From the NCBI GenBank assembly GCA_031390045.1, contig JANMTB010000106.1, forward strand, positions 1 to 61,828: a stretch of DNA of 61,828 bases, written 5' to 3'. Positions 20,410 through 30,442 of this stretch are shown here, piece after piece. The translations under genes were made by a program, and so were the position numbers. Numbering within the stretch: position 1 is the first letter of the stretch; every line of letters begins with the position of its first letter. This DNA comes from Polaromonas sp. GTDB taxonomy: Bacteria; Pseudomonadota; Gammaproteobacteria; Burkholderiales; Burkholderiaceae_C. The notes beneath the pieces were generated by a model. The model was not told the DNA's origin, made no database searches, and saw nothing but the letters and a program-made list of their open reading frames with translations.

Positions 20410-22476
20410 TTAAAAGCGCTGTTTGCCTTGCCACCAGTTCAATACGGCTTTGACCGATTCTTCAATCGATAAATCTGAGTTGTCCAAAAGCTTAGCATCT
20501 TGCGCTGGCTTCAAAGGAGCAACGCTGCGGGAAGAGTCCCGTTCGTCACGCGCTTCAAGGTCTGCACTAAGAACGTCGAGTATAGCTGAAATTCCCTTTG
20601 AAATCAACTGGTTATGGCGCCGTAAAGCACGTTTTTCAGCGCTAGCAGTCAAAAATACCTTCAAAGCGGCGTTAGGGAAGATCACCGTACCCATATCGCG
20701 TCCGTCCGCCACCAAACCGGGCAGGGTGCGAAAGCTGTGCTGCAGCTTCACCAAAGCCTGCCGAACCATAGGCAAAACCGACACTTGCGAGGCGTGCATG
20801 CCGCCCGCTTCAGAGCGGATGTCATGGCTAACATCGTCGCCATTCAGCAAAATGCTGTCACCCTCAAACCTCAAATGAAGTTTTTCAACCAAACTTGTTG
20901 CCAACACAGCGATGGCGATTTCGTCCTTAGGCTCCAAGCTTAAACCCTGCTGCAGCGCCGCAAAAGCAGTCACACGGTATAAAGCTCCCGAATCTAGGTA
21001 GTGGTAGCCCAGTTTTTGAGCTAATTGCGATGCCAAACTGCCTTTGCCAGAGGCGCTGGGGCCATCCACGGTGATGACGGGAATATTCTTTAAGTCAGTT
21101 TCAGCCACCGAAAACAGCGCTTCGAAGTAATCGGGAAAGGTTTTTGCGACGCATTTGGGGTCCAAAATGCGAACTGGTAAACCGGCCGGGTTGAACGCTG
21201 CGATTGAGAAGCACATGGCGACACGGTGGTCGTCATAGGTGTGAATCGGTGCGGTTTTCCAGTCTGCAGCGGTTTTTGGCGGCGTGATACTGATAAAGTC
21301 TACGCCTTCGATGACGGTTGCGCCCAATTTGCGCAATTCTGCAGCCATAGCGGCGATACGATCAGTTTCTTTGACGCGCCAGCTGGCGATGTTGCGCAGC
21401 GTTGTCGTGCCGTCTGCGTAAAGTGCCATCACAGCCAAAGTCATTGCTGCGTCGGGGATATGGTTGCAGTCTAAATCAACCGCTTTTAAGGGCCAAGAGC
21501 CGCGTGAAATTTCAAGGTGATTTGGGCCGCTGTTGACAACCGCACCCATGGCTTGTGCAGCTTCTATGAATCGAATATCGCCCTGAATTGAATCGGCGCC
21601 TACGCCTTCGACGCGAATAGCGTAATTTGTACTATAAACATCATTATTAATGTCATTTTTTGTTATAGCCGTCGTATTTATTGATCCTAATGCTATAAAA
21701 TAGCTAGCAGATGAAGCATCGGCTTCGACGTGAATGCTGCCCGGTGAAACGTACCGGCACCCTTGGGGTATCGTGAACTTTTGCCATCCATCGCGTTGTA
21801 CCTTGATGCCAAAACGCGCTAGTAAATTCAGCGTGATGTCGATGTACGGTTTTGAGATCAGCTCACCTTGCACTTCAAGCACGATATCTTGCGTCGCCAC
21901 CAGAGGCAGCGCAAGGAGTAGAGCAGTCAAAAACTGGCTAGAAACATCGCCACGGACTTTGATCGGCTCATTTAAATGGAAGGATTTTGCAGCCCTAATA
22001 CGTAGCGGCGGGTAGCCATCTTGTCCCAAATAGTCAATCTGACATCCCAATTGGCGCAGTCCATCGACCAAATCACCAATCGGCCGCTCATGCATGCGTG
22101 GCACGCCGCTGAGTTCGAACTCCGTGCTTCCCTTCGCTAACAGCGCTAAAGCAGCCGTTAACGGACGCATTGCCGTGCCAGCGTTGCCCATGTATAGCTT
22201 GGCCGATTGCAAAACCGAATGAATGCCTAAGCCATTGATTTCAATTGAATTTTTGACTAATCCATTGGGTTTTTGGATCGTGCAGCCAAGTTGCGACAGG
22301 GCGGTCAGCATCACCTGCGTGTCGTCTGAATCCAGTAAATCATGCACCGTTGTGGTGCCTTGGCTCAGGGCTGAGAGTAGTAAAACGCGATTAGAAATAC
22401 TTTTCGAACCTGGTAAAACGACTGTGCCGTGAGCGTGACTGAGCGCGGGAATGTCTAAAAAATCGGTATTGAACAT
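20410..22476 (-). CDS. aroA: fused 3-phosphoshikimate 1-carboxyvinyltransferase / cytidylate kinase
   Basis: Residues 1 to about 455 are EPSP synthase ([35 protein letters not shown]). Residues about 460-688 are Cmk ([13 protein letters not shown]). One continuous ORF. Confidence 0.9.
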   Translation of the reverse strand: MFNTDFLDIPALSHAHGTVVLPGSKSISNRVLLLSALSQGTTTVHDLLDSDDTQVMLTALSQLGCTIQKPNGLVKNSIEINGLGIHSVLQSAKLYMGNAGTAMRPLTAALALLAKGSTEFELSGVPRMHERPIGDLVDGLRQLGCQIDYLGQDGYPPLRIRAAKSFHLNEPIKVRGDVSSQFLTALLLALPLVATQDIVLEVQGELISKPYIDITLNLLARFGIKVQRDGWQKFTIPQGCRYVSPGSIHVEADASSASYFIALGSINTTAITKNDINNDVYSTNYAIRVEGVGADSIQGDIRFIEAAQAMGAVVNSGPNHLEISRGSWPLKAVDLDCNHIPDAAMTLAVMALYADGTTTLRNIASWRVKETDRIAAMAAELRKLGATVIEGVDFISITPPKTAADWKTAPIHTYDDHRVAMCFSIAAFNPAGLPVRILDPKCVAKTFPDYFEALFSVAETDLKNIPVITVDGPSASGKGSLASQLAQKLGYHYLDSGALYRVTAFAALQQGLSLEPKDEIAIAVLATSLVEKLHLRFEGDSILLNGDDVSHDIRSEAGGMHASQVSVLPMVRQALVKLQHSFRTLPGLVADGRDMGTVIFPNAALKVFLTASAEKRALRRHNQLISKGISAILDVLSADLEARDERDSSRSVAPLKPAQDAKLLDNSDLSIEESVKAVLNWWQGKQRF
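21620..21710 (+). repeat. copy E of the dispersed repeat plus AT-rich flank, embedded in frame in aroA
   Basis: TATAGCCGTCGTATTTATTGATCCTAATGCTAT-AAAATAG-CTAGC on the plus strand. This region encodes an extra stretch of about 16 aa ([20 protein letters not shown]) after the [14 protein letters not shown] motif. Confidence 0.6.
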
Positions 22477-22527
22477 GCTTACAAATTTGGAAACTAAAGT
22501 TGAAGCTAAAAATAAGCGCAGAGAGTT

Positions 22528-23457
22528 CTATTTTTTGGAACGGCTAGGCGCCTCACCAGACATACTGTTGTCAATGTGCCATTGGTTGCGTAACTGGCTG
22601 GCTTTTGCAATAGCAGCTTCTAATGCTTGGCTGTTATTACCTTGCAAGCTGGCTTCAAAACCCTGCAAAGTTTGCTTGAAGAGATCGATTTGCGAGAGTA
22701 TTTGTATGCGATTTGCCAGCAAAATGTCGTGCCACATCTGCGGCTCACTGGCCGCGATGCGGGTGAAATCTCTAAACCCCGTGCCAGCCAAGCCGAAATA
22801 ATCAGCACCATGGTTTTGCCCAGCGATACTGTTCATCAAGGTAAATGCCAATAAATGTGGCAAGTGGCTGACGGCGGCAAAGGCAGCGTCATGCGCCTCC
22901 GGCGACATGATTTGTACGTGGCAATCCAGTGCCGTCCACACAGTCTTGGCTTTGTTCAACTGCGCCATCTGCGTGCGTGCGATTGGTGTGAAAATGACTT
23001 GGCGGCCAGCGTACAAATTAACATCGGCGTTGTCTACGCCAGAGAGTTCTTTGCCCGCTATGGGGTGAGCCGGCACAAACGTGCCAATAAGATTACCCAA
23101 TATACGCTGCGCGGCGTCAACCACATCTTGCTTGGTAGAACCCACGTCCATGATCAGCATCTCAGGTGTGATCAGGTGCTTGATGGCTTTGAAGGTGCCT
23201 TCGGTGGCGGCGACAGGTACGGCGATCAACACAATGTCAGAGCCAGAAACCGCTTGCAGTGCTGATGCGGCTTCCACATCAATCACGCCAAGTTGCAATG
23301 CACGCGATGTGGTGCTGGGTGATTTGCTGTAGCCAACGATGCGTTTTACCAAGCCAGCGCGTTTCATAGCCAAAGCGAATGAGCTGCCCATCAAACCACA
23401 GCCGATGATGCCCAACTGCTCGTAGGCTGGTGCTTTTACTTTGCTAAAAAGACCCAT
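22528..23457 (-). CDS. tyrA: prephenate dehydrogenase
   Basis: 309 aa. Rossmann motif GIIGCGLMGSS and TyrA-like core (DVGSTK, HPIAG). Confidence 0.85.
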   Translation of the reverse strand: MGLFSKVKAPAYEQLGIIGCGLMGSSFALAMKRAGLVKRIVGYSKSPSTTSRALQLGVIDVEAASALQAVSGSDIVLIAVPVAATEGTFKAIKHLITPEMLIMDVGSTKQDVVDAAQRILGNLIGTFVPAHPIAGKELSGVDNADVNLYAGRQVIFTPIARTQMAQLNKAKTVWTALDCHVQIMSPEAHDAAFAAVSHLPHLLAFTLMNSIAGQNHGADYFGLAGTGFRDFTRIAASEPQMWHDILLANRIQILSQIDLFKQTLQGFEASLQGNNSQALEAAIAKASQLRNQWHIDNSMSGEAPSRSKK

Positions 23458-23468
23458 AGATGATCACT

Positions 23469-24551
23469 TTAATCGCTCACGGCATAGCTGCCGAGCAATT
23501 TATAAAACGCGCAAGAGCTTTGCAACTCTTTCAACGCGCTGGCCACATGCGGCTGCGACGGATGACCCGCCAAATCGATGTAAAAGTAATATTCCCATTG
23601 GCCAGAGCGGGCAGGGCGCGATTCAAACCGGGTCATCGATACGCCATGGTTTTTCAGTGGAATCAGCAAATCGTGCACCGCTCCAGGCTTGTTAGGTACT
23701 GAGACCACCAAGCTGACGCAGTCTTTGCCTGAAGCGGTAGGCATAGGCAGCGTTTGCGGTAGACAGACGACGGCAAAGCGCGTGCGGTTAAACGCATCAT
23801 CTTGAATCGCATGTGAGGCAATATGCAGGCCAAATTCTGCACCCGCGCGTTCGCTGGCAATACCTGCCCAAGCTGGGTTGGTCGCTGCCAAACGTGCGCC
23901 TTCTGCATTGCTTGATACAGCGCGACGCTCAGCATTTGGTAAATGCTTGGCCAGCCAGCCTTGACACTGAGCCAGCGCTTGCGGATGCGCCAAAACAACT
24001 TCAACATTTTCTAAAGAATTAGACAAACGCAGCAAATGGTGGCGCACTAAAAAGCTGGCTTCACCGATGATGTGCAACGGCGAATTGAGGAACAAATCCA
24101 AGGTACGCGTCACCACGCCTTCGGTGTTGTTTTCCACGGGAACAACGCCAAAATCGGCACTTCCCGCTGTGGTGGCGTGAAACACCTCGTCAAAACTGCT
24201 GCAGGGAATATGCTCTATGCTGGTACCAAAAAACTGCAATGCCGCCATTTCGCTGAACGTACCCGCTGGCCCCAAATAAGCGACACGCTGGGGTGCTTCT
24301 AAAGAGCGGCAAGCCGACATCACCTCGCGCCAAATATGCGCAACGCTGGCATTTTTGAGTGGCCCAGAATTTGCTGCTTGCAAGCCGCTGATGACTTGCG
24401 CCTCGCGCTCCGGGCGGTAAACAGGCGAGCCATCAATCTTCTTGATCTCACCCACTTCACCCGCATAGCCCGCACGACGGTTGAGCAGTGCCAACAGCTT
24501 TTTGTCGGTCGCATCAATCAAATCGCGTAGTTCTAGCAGGGTTTTACTCAT
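23469..24551 (-). CDS. pheA: bifunctional chorismate mutase / prephenate dehydratase
   Basis: 360 aa. CM domain (LRDLIDATDKKLLALLNRRA), PDT domain (VAYLGPAGTFSE) and an ACT domain with the ESRP motif. Confidence 0.9.
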   Translation of the reverse strand: MSKTLLELRDLIDATDKKLLALLNRRAGYAGEVGEIKKIDGSPVYRPEREAQVISGLQAANSGPLKNASVAHIWREVMSACRSLEAPQRVAYLGPAGTFSEMAALQFFGTSIEHIPCSSFDEVFHATTAGSADFGVVPVENNTEGVVTRTLDLFLNSPLHIIGEASFLVRHHLLRLSNSLENVEVVLAHPQALAQCQGWLAKHLPNAERRAVSSNAEGARLAATNPAWAGIASERAGAEFGLHIASHAIQDDAFNRTRFAVVCLPQTLPMPTASGKDCVSLVVSVPNKPGAVHDLLIPLKNHGVSMTRFESRPARSGQWEYYFYIDLAGHPSQPHVASALKELQSSCAFYKLLGSYAVSD

Positions 24552-24587
24552 TGAATTAGTATGTATTGATTTTTTAGTGTTAAATAT

Positions 24588-24640
24588 GGCTATAGCCGGC
24601 GTATTTATTGCCTAGAGTGCTATTAAATATATAGTAAATT
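24588..24640 (+). repeat. copy F of the dispersed repeat (pheA-gyrA intergenic)
   Basis: GGCTATAGCCGGCGTATTTATTGCCTAGAGTGCTAT-TAAATAT-ATAGTAAAT. Confidence 0.85.
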
Positions 24641-24662
24641 GAAATATTTTTTTTCGTGTTAT

Positions 24663-27323
24663 TTAAGCTTCAGTAGATTCAGCTGAATCATCTGCAGCGT
24701 CCTCAGGTGCGGCATCTTCTGGCGCAGCGTCTGATGGATTCGCATCGTTCTCCACAATGCGCTGCAAACCGCTGAGTTGCGAGCCTTCGTCCAAGCCAAT
24801 CAGTGTCACGCCTTGTGTCGCACGTCCCATTTCGCGGATTTCACTGACACGGGTGCGAACCAGCACACCTTTGTCGGTGATCAGCATGATTTCGTCGTCG
24901 GTATGCACCAATGTAGCCGCAACCACTTTGCCGTTGCGCTCAGACTGCTGGATGGCGATCATGCCTTTGGTGCCGCGTCCGTGGCGGGTGTATTCGGTGA
25001 TGCTGGTGCGTTTGCCATAGCCGTTTTGGGTGGCGGTCAGCACACTTTGCTGTTCATCCTCAGCAACCAGCATGGCAATCACGCTTTGGCCGTCTTCCAA
25101 GTTCATGCCGCGCACGCCGCGAGCATTTCTGCCCATTGGTCGCACGTCGTTTTCGTCGAAACGTACCGCTTTGCCACCGTCGCTGAACAACATGACGTCG
25201 TGCTGGCCATCGGTCAATGCTGCGCCAATCAAATAGTCGTTGTCATCCAAACCAACGGCTATGATGCCGCCTTTGCGTGGGTTGTTGAACTCATCTAAAG
25301 ACGTTTTCTTGACCGTGCCCATGCAGGTGGCCATGAAGACAAACTGGTCAGCAGGGAAACTGGTTTTCTCACCCGTTAAAGGCAATACGACGGTGATTTT
25401 TTCGCCCTCTTGCAGCGGGAACATGTTGACAATCGGTCGTCCTCGTGAACCGCGCGAACCGGTCGGTACTTCCCAAACTTTAAGCCAATACAGACGGCCA
25501 CGGTTAGAGAAACACAAGATGTAGTCGTGAGTATTAGCCACGAAGAGCTGATCGACCCAATCGTCATCTTTGGTCTGGGTGGCTTGCTTGCCGCGTCCGC
25601 CACGCTTTTGCGCGCGGTATTCAGACAAAGGTTGGCTCTTGATGTATCCGCTGTGGCTCATGGTTACGACCATGTCGGTGGGGGTGATCAAGTCTTCGGT
25701 GCTCAAATCAAACGAGCTGTGCTCCACCAAGCTTCGGCGTGCGCCTATCTTGGTTTGACCGAATTCCATTTTGATAGCAAGGAGCTCTTCGCTGATGATG
25801 GTCGAAACGCGTTCTGGAGTCGTCAAAATGTGCAGCAAATCGTCAATCTCAGCCATGACCTCTTTGTATTCAGCGACGATTTTGTCTTGCTCTAAGCCAG
25901 TCAAACGCTGCAGACGCATTTGCAAAATCTCTTGTGCTTGGACTTCTGAGAGTTTGTACAAACCGCGAGCTTCCAAGCCAAATTCACGTTCTAAGCCGTC
26001 TGGGCGATAGTCGTCTGCGCTGATTACGTCGCCATCTGAGCGCGTACGGGTGAGCATCTCGCGTACCAACTTACTGTCCCATGATTGCGCCATCAAGGCT
26101 GCCTTAGCCACTGGAGGTGTGGGTGCATTGCGAATCAAGGCAATAAATTCGTCAATATTTGCTAGCGCTACCGCTAAACCCTCTAATACATGACCGCGTT
26201 CCCGTGCTTTTCGTAGAGTAAAAACTGTACGGCGTGTGACAACTTCACGGCGATGGTCCAAGAAGACTTCTAATAAATCTTTCAAGTTACAAAGCTTTGG
26301 CTGGCCATTGACCAAAGCCACCATGTTGATACCAAAAGTGTCTTGCAGTTGGGTTTGCTTGTACAAATTGTTCAGCACCACTTCAGGCACTTCGCCGCGT
26401 TTCAACTCAATCACCAAGCGCATGCCGGATTTGTCTGACTCGTCTTGAATGTGCGAAATACCTTCAATTTTCTTCTCATGCACCAGCTCCGCCATGCGCT
26501 CTTGCAGGGTCTTTTTGTTGACTTGATAGGGCAGTTCGTCCACGATGATGGACTGGCGCTGGCCTTTGTCGATGTCTTCAAAATGACACTTGGCGCGCAT
26601 CACAACGCGGCCGCGGCCCGTGCGGTAGCCGTCTTTCACGCCGTTAATGCCGTAAATAATGCCAGCGGTCGGGAAGTCTGGCGCGGGGATGATTTCCATC
26701 AGCTCGTCAATGCTGGCTTCAGGGTTTTTAAGTAAATGCAAGCAGGCATCAACCACTTCGTTCAGGTTGTGTGGTGGAATGTTGGTGGCCATACCAACGG
26801 CAATACCACCCGCGCCATTGATCAGCAAATTGGGTAAGCGGCTAGGCATGACCAAGGGTTCGTTTTCTGAGCCGTCGTAGTTCGGGCCGAAGTCGACCGT
26901 CTCTTTGTCCAAATCAGCCAACAACTCATGCGCGATTTTGGCAAGGCGGATCTCGGTGTAACGCATTGCAGCAGCGTTATCGCCATCGACCGAGCCGAAG
27001 TTACCCTGGCCGTCAACCAACATATGACGCATCGAAAAATCTTGCGCCATACGAACGATGGTGTCATACACCGATTGGTCTCCGTGTGGGTGGTATTTAC
27101 CAATCACGTCACCCACAATACGGGCAGATTTCTTGTAAGGTTTGTTGTAGTCGTTCGATAACTCGTACATCGCGTAGAGAACACGGCGGTGCACTGGTTT
27201 CAAACCGTCACGTGCATCGGGCAGAGCACGACCCACGATCACGCTCATGGCGTAATCTAGATAGCTGCGGCGCATTTCCTCTTCGAGGCTAATAGGCAAG
27301 GTTTCTTTGGCGAACTGAGTCAT
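24663..27323 (-). CDS. gyrA: DNA gyrase subunit A
   Basis: 886 aa. QRDR region [28 protein letters not shown], a C-terminal beta-pinwheel and an acidic tail. Confidence 0.97.
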   Translation of the reverse strand: MTQFAKETLPISLEEEMRRSYLDYAMSVIVGRALPDARDGLKPVHRRVLYAMYELSNDYNKPYKKSARIVGDVIGKYHPHGDQSVYDTIVRMAQDFSMRHMLVDGQGNFGSVDGDNAAAMRYTEIRLAKIAHELLADLDKETVDFGPNYDGSENEPLVMPSRLPNLLINGAGGIAVGMATNIPPHNLNEVVDACLHLLKNPEASIDELMEIIPAPDFPTAGIIYGINGVKDGYRTGRGRVVMRAKCHFEDIDKGQRQSIIVDELPYQVNKKTLQERMAELVHEKKIEGISHIQDESDKSGMRLVIELKRGEVPEVVLNNLYKQTQLQDTFGINMVALVNGQPKLCNLKDLLEVFLDHRREVVTRRTVFTLRKARERGHVLEGLAVALANIDEFIALIRNAPTPPVAKAALMAQSWDSKLVREMLTRTRSDGDVISADDYRPDGLEREFGLEARGLYKLSEVQAQEILQMRLQRLTGLEQDKIVAEYKEVMAEIDDLLHILTTPERVSTIISEELLAIKMEFGQTKIGARRSLVEHSSFDLSTEDLITPTDMVVTMSHSGYIKSQPLSEYRAQKRGGRGKQATQTKDDDWVDQLFVANTHDYILCFSNRGRLYWLKVWEVPTGSRGSRGRPIVNMFPLQEGEKITVVLPLTGEKTSFPADQFVFMATCMGTVKKTSLDEFNNPRKGGIIAVGLDDNDYLIGAALTDGQHDVMLFSDGGKAVRFDENDVRPMGRNARGVRGMNLEDGQSVIAMLVAEDEQQSVLTATQNGYGKRTSITEYTRHGRGTKGMIAIQQSERNGKVVAATLVHTDDEIMLITDKGVLVRTRVSEIREMGRATQGVTLIGLDEGSQLSGLQRIVENDANPSDAAPEDAAPEDAADDSAESTEA

Positions 27324-27600
27324 GAGCGGTATGTAGCCTGATGAGAAAAGAAGAGCAAACAGTATTCACAACGACATAAATCGCTTATGAATAATTATTC
27401 TTAACCCGTCATTTTAAGCGGGCTTGGGTGTTGTGTGCGAGCAACGGATAACAATTTTTAGCTGTTTAAGGAACTTATCCATCATTTAGAGCGGTTACAA
27501 CTTTACAGCTGTGGCACAATAAGTCATAACGATTCATGTGATGGTACAAGTGTCGTAACAATTCCGCAGCATTGCTGCTAGCTATTTTCTGGGGATACGA

Positions 27601-28008
<408 letters not shown>

Positions 28009-28116
28009 TCTGTTGTTTTATGCAATATTTTTCAGAGTTGTCTGAATGAATGTTGTTAAAAATAAGTTATATTTGTCGTTGTTAGATTTGAGTTCAATTT
28101 TAAAAAGGTAATATAA

Positions 28117-28812
28117 ATGAAGACACTAAATAAAGTCGCAATGCTGTTTGCAACAGTAGCTATTGCAGGTTCAGCTTTCGCAAACGGTTCAACTACTAAC
28201 AGCGACAACTGGCGCAGTGGCCAAGGTAATTTGCAGTGGAAAATTGGTAACGCATCAGGCCTGTGCTGGCGCAATGCGAACTGGACACCAGCAACTGCTG
28301 CTCCAGGTTGCGATGGCGCTATCGCCAAAGTTGCTGCTCCAGCGCCAGTTGCAGTAGTAGCTCCAGTAACAGTTGCTCCAGCTCCAGCTGCCGCAGCACC
28401 AGTAGCTCCAAAGCCAGCTGCAGCACCTGCCGCTCCTGCGCCAAGCGCCGCAGCTGCAACCAAAGTAACATACGCTGCGGATGCATTCTTTGCGTCAAAC
28501 AACGCTGTACTCAAAGCTGCTGGCAAAGCAAAATTGGACGACTTGGTTGATAAAGTCAAGGGTATCAACCTTGAAGTCATTGTTGCTGTGGGTCACACTG
28601 ACTCAACTGGCAAAGATGCTTCAAACCAAGCATTGTCAGTGCGTCGCGCTGAAGCTGTAAAGGCTTACTTGGTGTCTAAAGGCATTGAGAAAAATCGCGT
28701 TTACACCGAAGGCAAAGGCTCTAAGCAGCCAGTTGCTGACAACAAGACCAAAGAAGGTCGCGCTAAAAACAACCGCGTTGAAATCGAAGTGGTTGGTACT
28801 CAGAAGAAGTAA
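28117..28812 (+). CDS. OmpA family peptidoglycan-associated outer membrane protein
   Basis: 231 aa. Signal peptide, N-domain with two Cys, Ala/Pro linker and an OmpA_C domain (GHTDSTG, NQALSVRRAEAV, NRRVEIEV). Confidence 0.88.
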   Translation: MKTLNKVAMLFATVAIAGSAFANGSTTNSDNWRSGQGNLQWKIGNASGLCWRNANWTPATAAPGCDGAIAKVAAPAPVAVVAPVTVAPAPAAAAPVAPKPAAAPAAPAPSAAAATKVTYAADAFFASNNAVLKAAGKAKLDDLVDKVKGINLEVIVAVGHTDSTGKDASNQALSVRRAEAVKAYLVSKGIEKNRVYTEGKGSKQPVADNKTKEGRAKNNRVEIEVVGTQKK

Positions 28813-28875
28813 AGAAGAAATAATTTAACGATTTAACCCATTCGCCCCAGTGGTGAATGGATGAAGCGTAAAATT

Positions 28876-28910
28876 AAAAAGCCCCCGAGGTCAAACTCTG
28901 GGGCTTTTTT
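28876..28910 (+). terminator. rho-independent terminator after the OmpA gene
   Basis: AAAAAGCCCCCGAG-GTCAAA-CTCTGGGGCTTTTTT. Confidence 0.75.
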
Positions 28911-28929
28911 CAATAGAAAGTTAAAAACT

Positions 28930-29667
28930 GTGAGCCTTGCTAAACAAGTCCAGCCAACATCAAAAACAAGCAATGTTGACCCTGCCGAACTAGCTAAATT
29001 TTCAGATTTGGCGCACCATTGGTGGGACACAAGCAGCGAATTCGCACCCCTGCACGCGATCAACCCACTGCGCTTGGATTGGATCAATGGTTTATCGGCT
29101 TTGCAAGGCAAGCGCGTCCTAGACATCGGCTGCGGAGGTGGTATCTTGGCGGATGCCATGGCGCGTAAGGGTGCTGACGTGCTAGGCATTGATTTGGCCA
29201 CCAAATCGCTCAAAGTAGCGCAATTACACGCCTTAGAAGCGCAAACGCCAAATGTAAGTTACCGTGAAATTGCTGCTGAAGATTTAGCGACCGAACAAGC
29301 CGCCAGTTTCGATATTGTTACCTGCATGGAAATGCTGGAGCACGTGCCAGACCCTGAATCTATTGTTGCTGCCTGCAGCACCTTGGTCAAGCCTGGAGGA
29401 TGGGTATTTTTCTCAACCATCAACCGCAACAGCAGGGCATTTTTGCAAGCAATTGTGGGTGCAGAATATGTGCTGAGCATGCTGCCACGTGGCACCCACG
29501 AGTACGCAAAATTCATTACCCCTAGCGAATTGGCGTCGTTTGCGCGACAAGTTGGACTTGACATTCAAGCGACACGAGGCTTAGAGTTCAATCCGCTATC
29601 AAAACGATACAAATTAAGCAGCGACACACGGGTTAACTATATGCTCGCTACACAAAAATCAGCGTGA
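28930..29667 (+). CDS. ubiG: 3-demethylubiquinone-9 3-O-methyltransferase
   Basis: Collinear with E. coli UbiG (VDPAELAKFS..HWWD, LDIGCGGGILA, TCMEMLEHVPDP). GTG at 28930 chosen because the ORF-track N-terminus covers the terminator. Confidence 0.88.
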   Translation: MSLAKQVQPTSKTSNVDPAELAKFSDLAHHWWDTSSEFAPLHAINPLRLDWINGLSALQGKRVLDIGCGGGILADAMARKGADVLGIDLATKSLKVAQLHALEAQTPNVSYREIAAEDLATEQAASFDIVTCMEMLEHVPDPESIVAACSTLVKPGGWVFFSTINRNSRAFLQAIVGAEYVLSMLPRGTHEYAKFITPSELASFARQVGLDIQATRGLEFNPLSKRYKLSSDTRVNYMLATQKSA

Positions 29668-29722
29668 TATTGGTTATGCTTAACAGTATTTAAATAGGCT
29701 CATAAGTATTACTGGTGACATT

Positions 29723-30442
29723 GTGAAAATTATTGAAAAACCATTCCTTGAATCCAATGAGTTGAAATACGTTGTGGGGCAGCAAACCGTCAAAGCCGTG
29801 TTGTTTGACTTGGATGGGACTTTGATCGATAGTGCGCCCGATTTGGCTGCCGCTGCCGACAAAATGCGTATTGATCGTGGCTTGGTATCACTTCCCTATG
29901 AGCTATACCGTCCTATGGCTGGTGCAGGTGCGCGCGGTATGTTAGGTGTAGCTTTTGATATGGCGCCTGAGCACTCTAACTTTATCACTTGGCGGGAAGA
30001 GTTTTTTTACAACTACGAGATGTGTTTGACGCAACGTACGAAGGCGTTTGCCGGTGTTGAAGAACTTTTGTGCAGTCTCAAACTGCGCGGCCTGAACTGG
30101 GGCATTGTGACGAACAAATCTTCCCGTTTTACAGACGCGTTGGTGCGCAAAATGCCTGTCTTGCGAGAGGCTGCGGTCGTTATTAGCGGCGACACGACGG
30201 CACATGCCAAACCGCATCCCGAGCCGATGTTTGAAGCAGCTAGGCGTTTAAATATTGCACCACAGTATTGCGTCTACATTGGTGACGACAAACGAGACAT
30301 TGAAGCTGGCCAAGCTGCTGGCATGCCTAGTTTGGCCGCTTTGTGGGGCTATATGGGTAGCCATGATGTGAGCACTTGGCAAGCCAATGCGATTTTGAAC
30401 GAGCCAGATTGTGTGCTTGAATGGTTAGATGGCCATTTATAA
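29723..30442 (+). CDS. gph: phosphoglycolate phosphatase (HAD family)
   Basis: HAD motifs LFDLDGTLIDS, VTNK and GDDKRDIEAG. The GTG start is uncertain. Confidence 0.8.
   Translation: MKIIEKPFLESNELKYVVGQQTVKAVLFDLDGTLIDSAPDLAAAADKMRIDRGLVSLPYELYRPMAGAGARGMLGVAFDMAPEHSNFITWREEFFYNYEMCLTQRTKAFAGVEELLCSLKLRGLNWGIVTNKSSRFTDALVRKMPVLREAAVVISGDTTAHAKPHPEPMFEAARRLNIAPQYCVYIGDDKRDIEAGQAAGMPSLAALWGYMGSHDVSTWQANAILNEPDCVLEWLDGHL

Noticed and set aside
24663-24760. Short direct repeat in the gyrA 3' end encoding [12 protein letters not shown].
   Set aside because: This is a trivial duplication in the acidic, disordered C-terminal tail that is common in GyrA. It is not a separate feature.
28861-28929. 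N-terminal extensions in ORF-track models of ubiG (28861), xthA (to 59931), DUF4124 (55724), the yeaQ-like gene (to 61436) and parE (1408).
   Set aside because: The extensions run through terminator hairpins or AT-rich non-coding sequence and have no homology. Internal starts give N-termini matching known family members.
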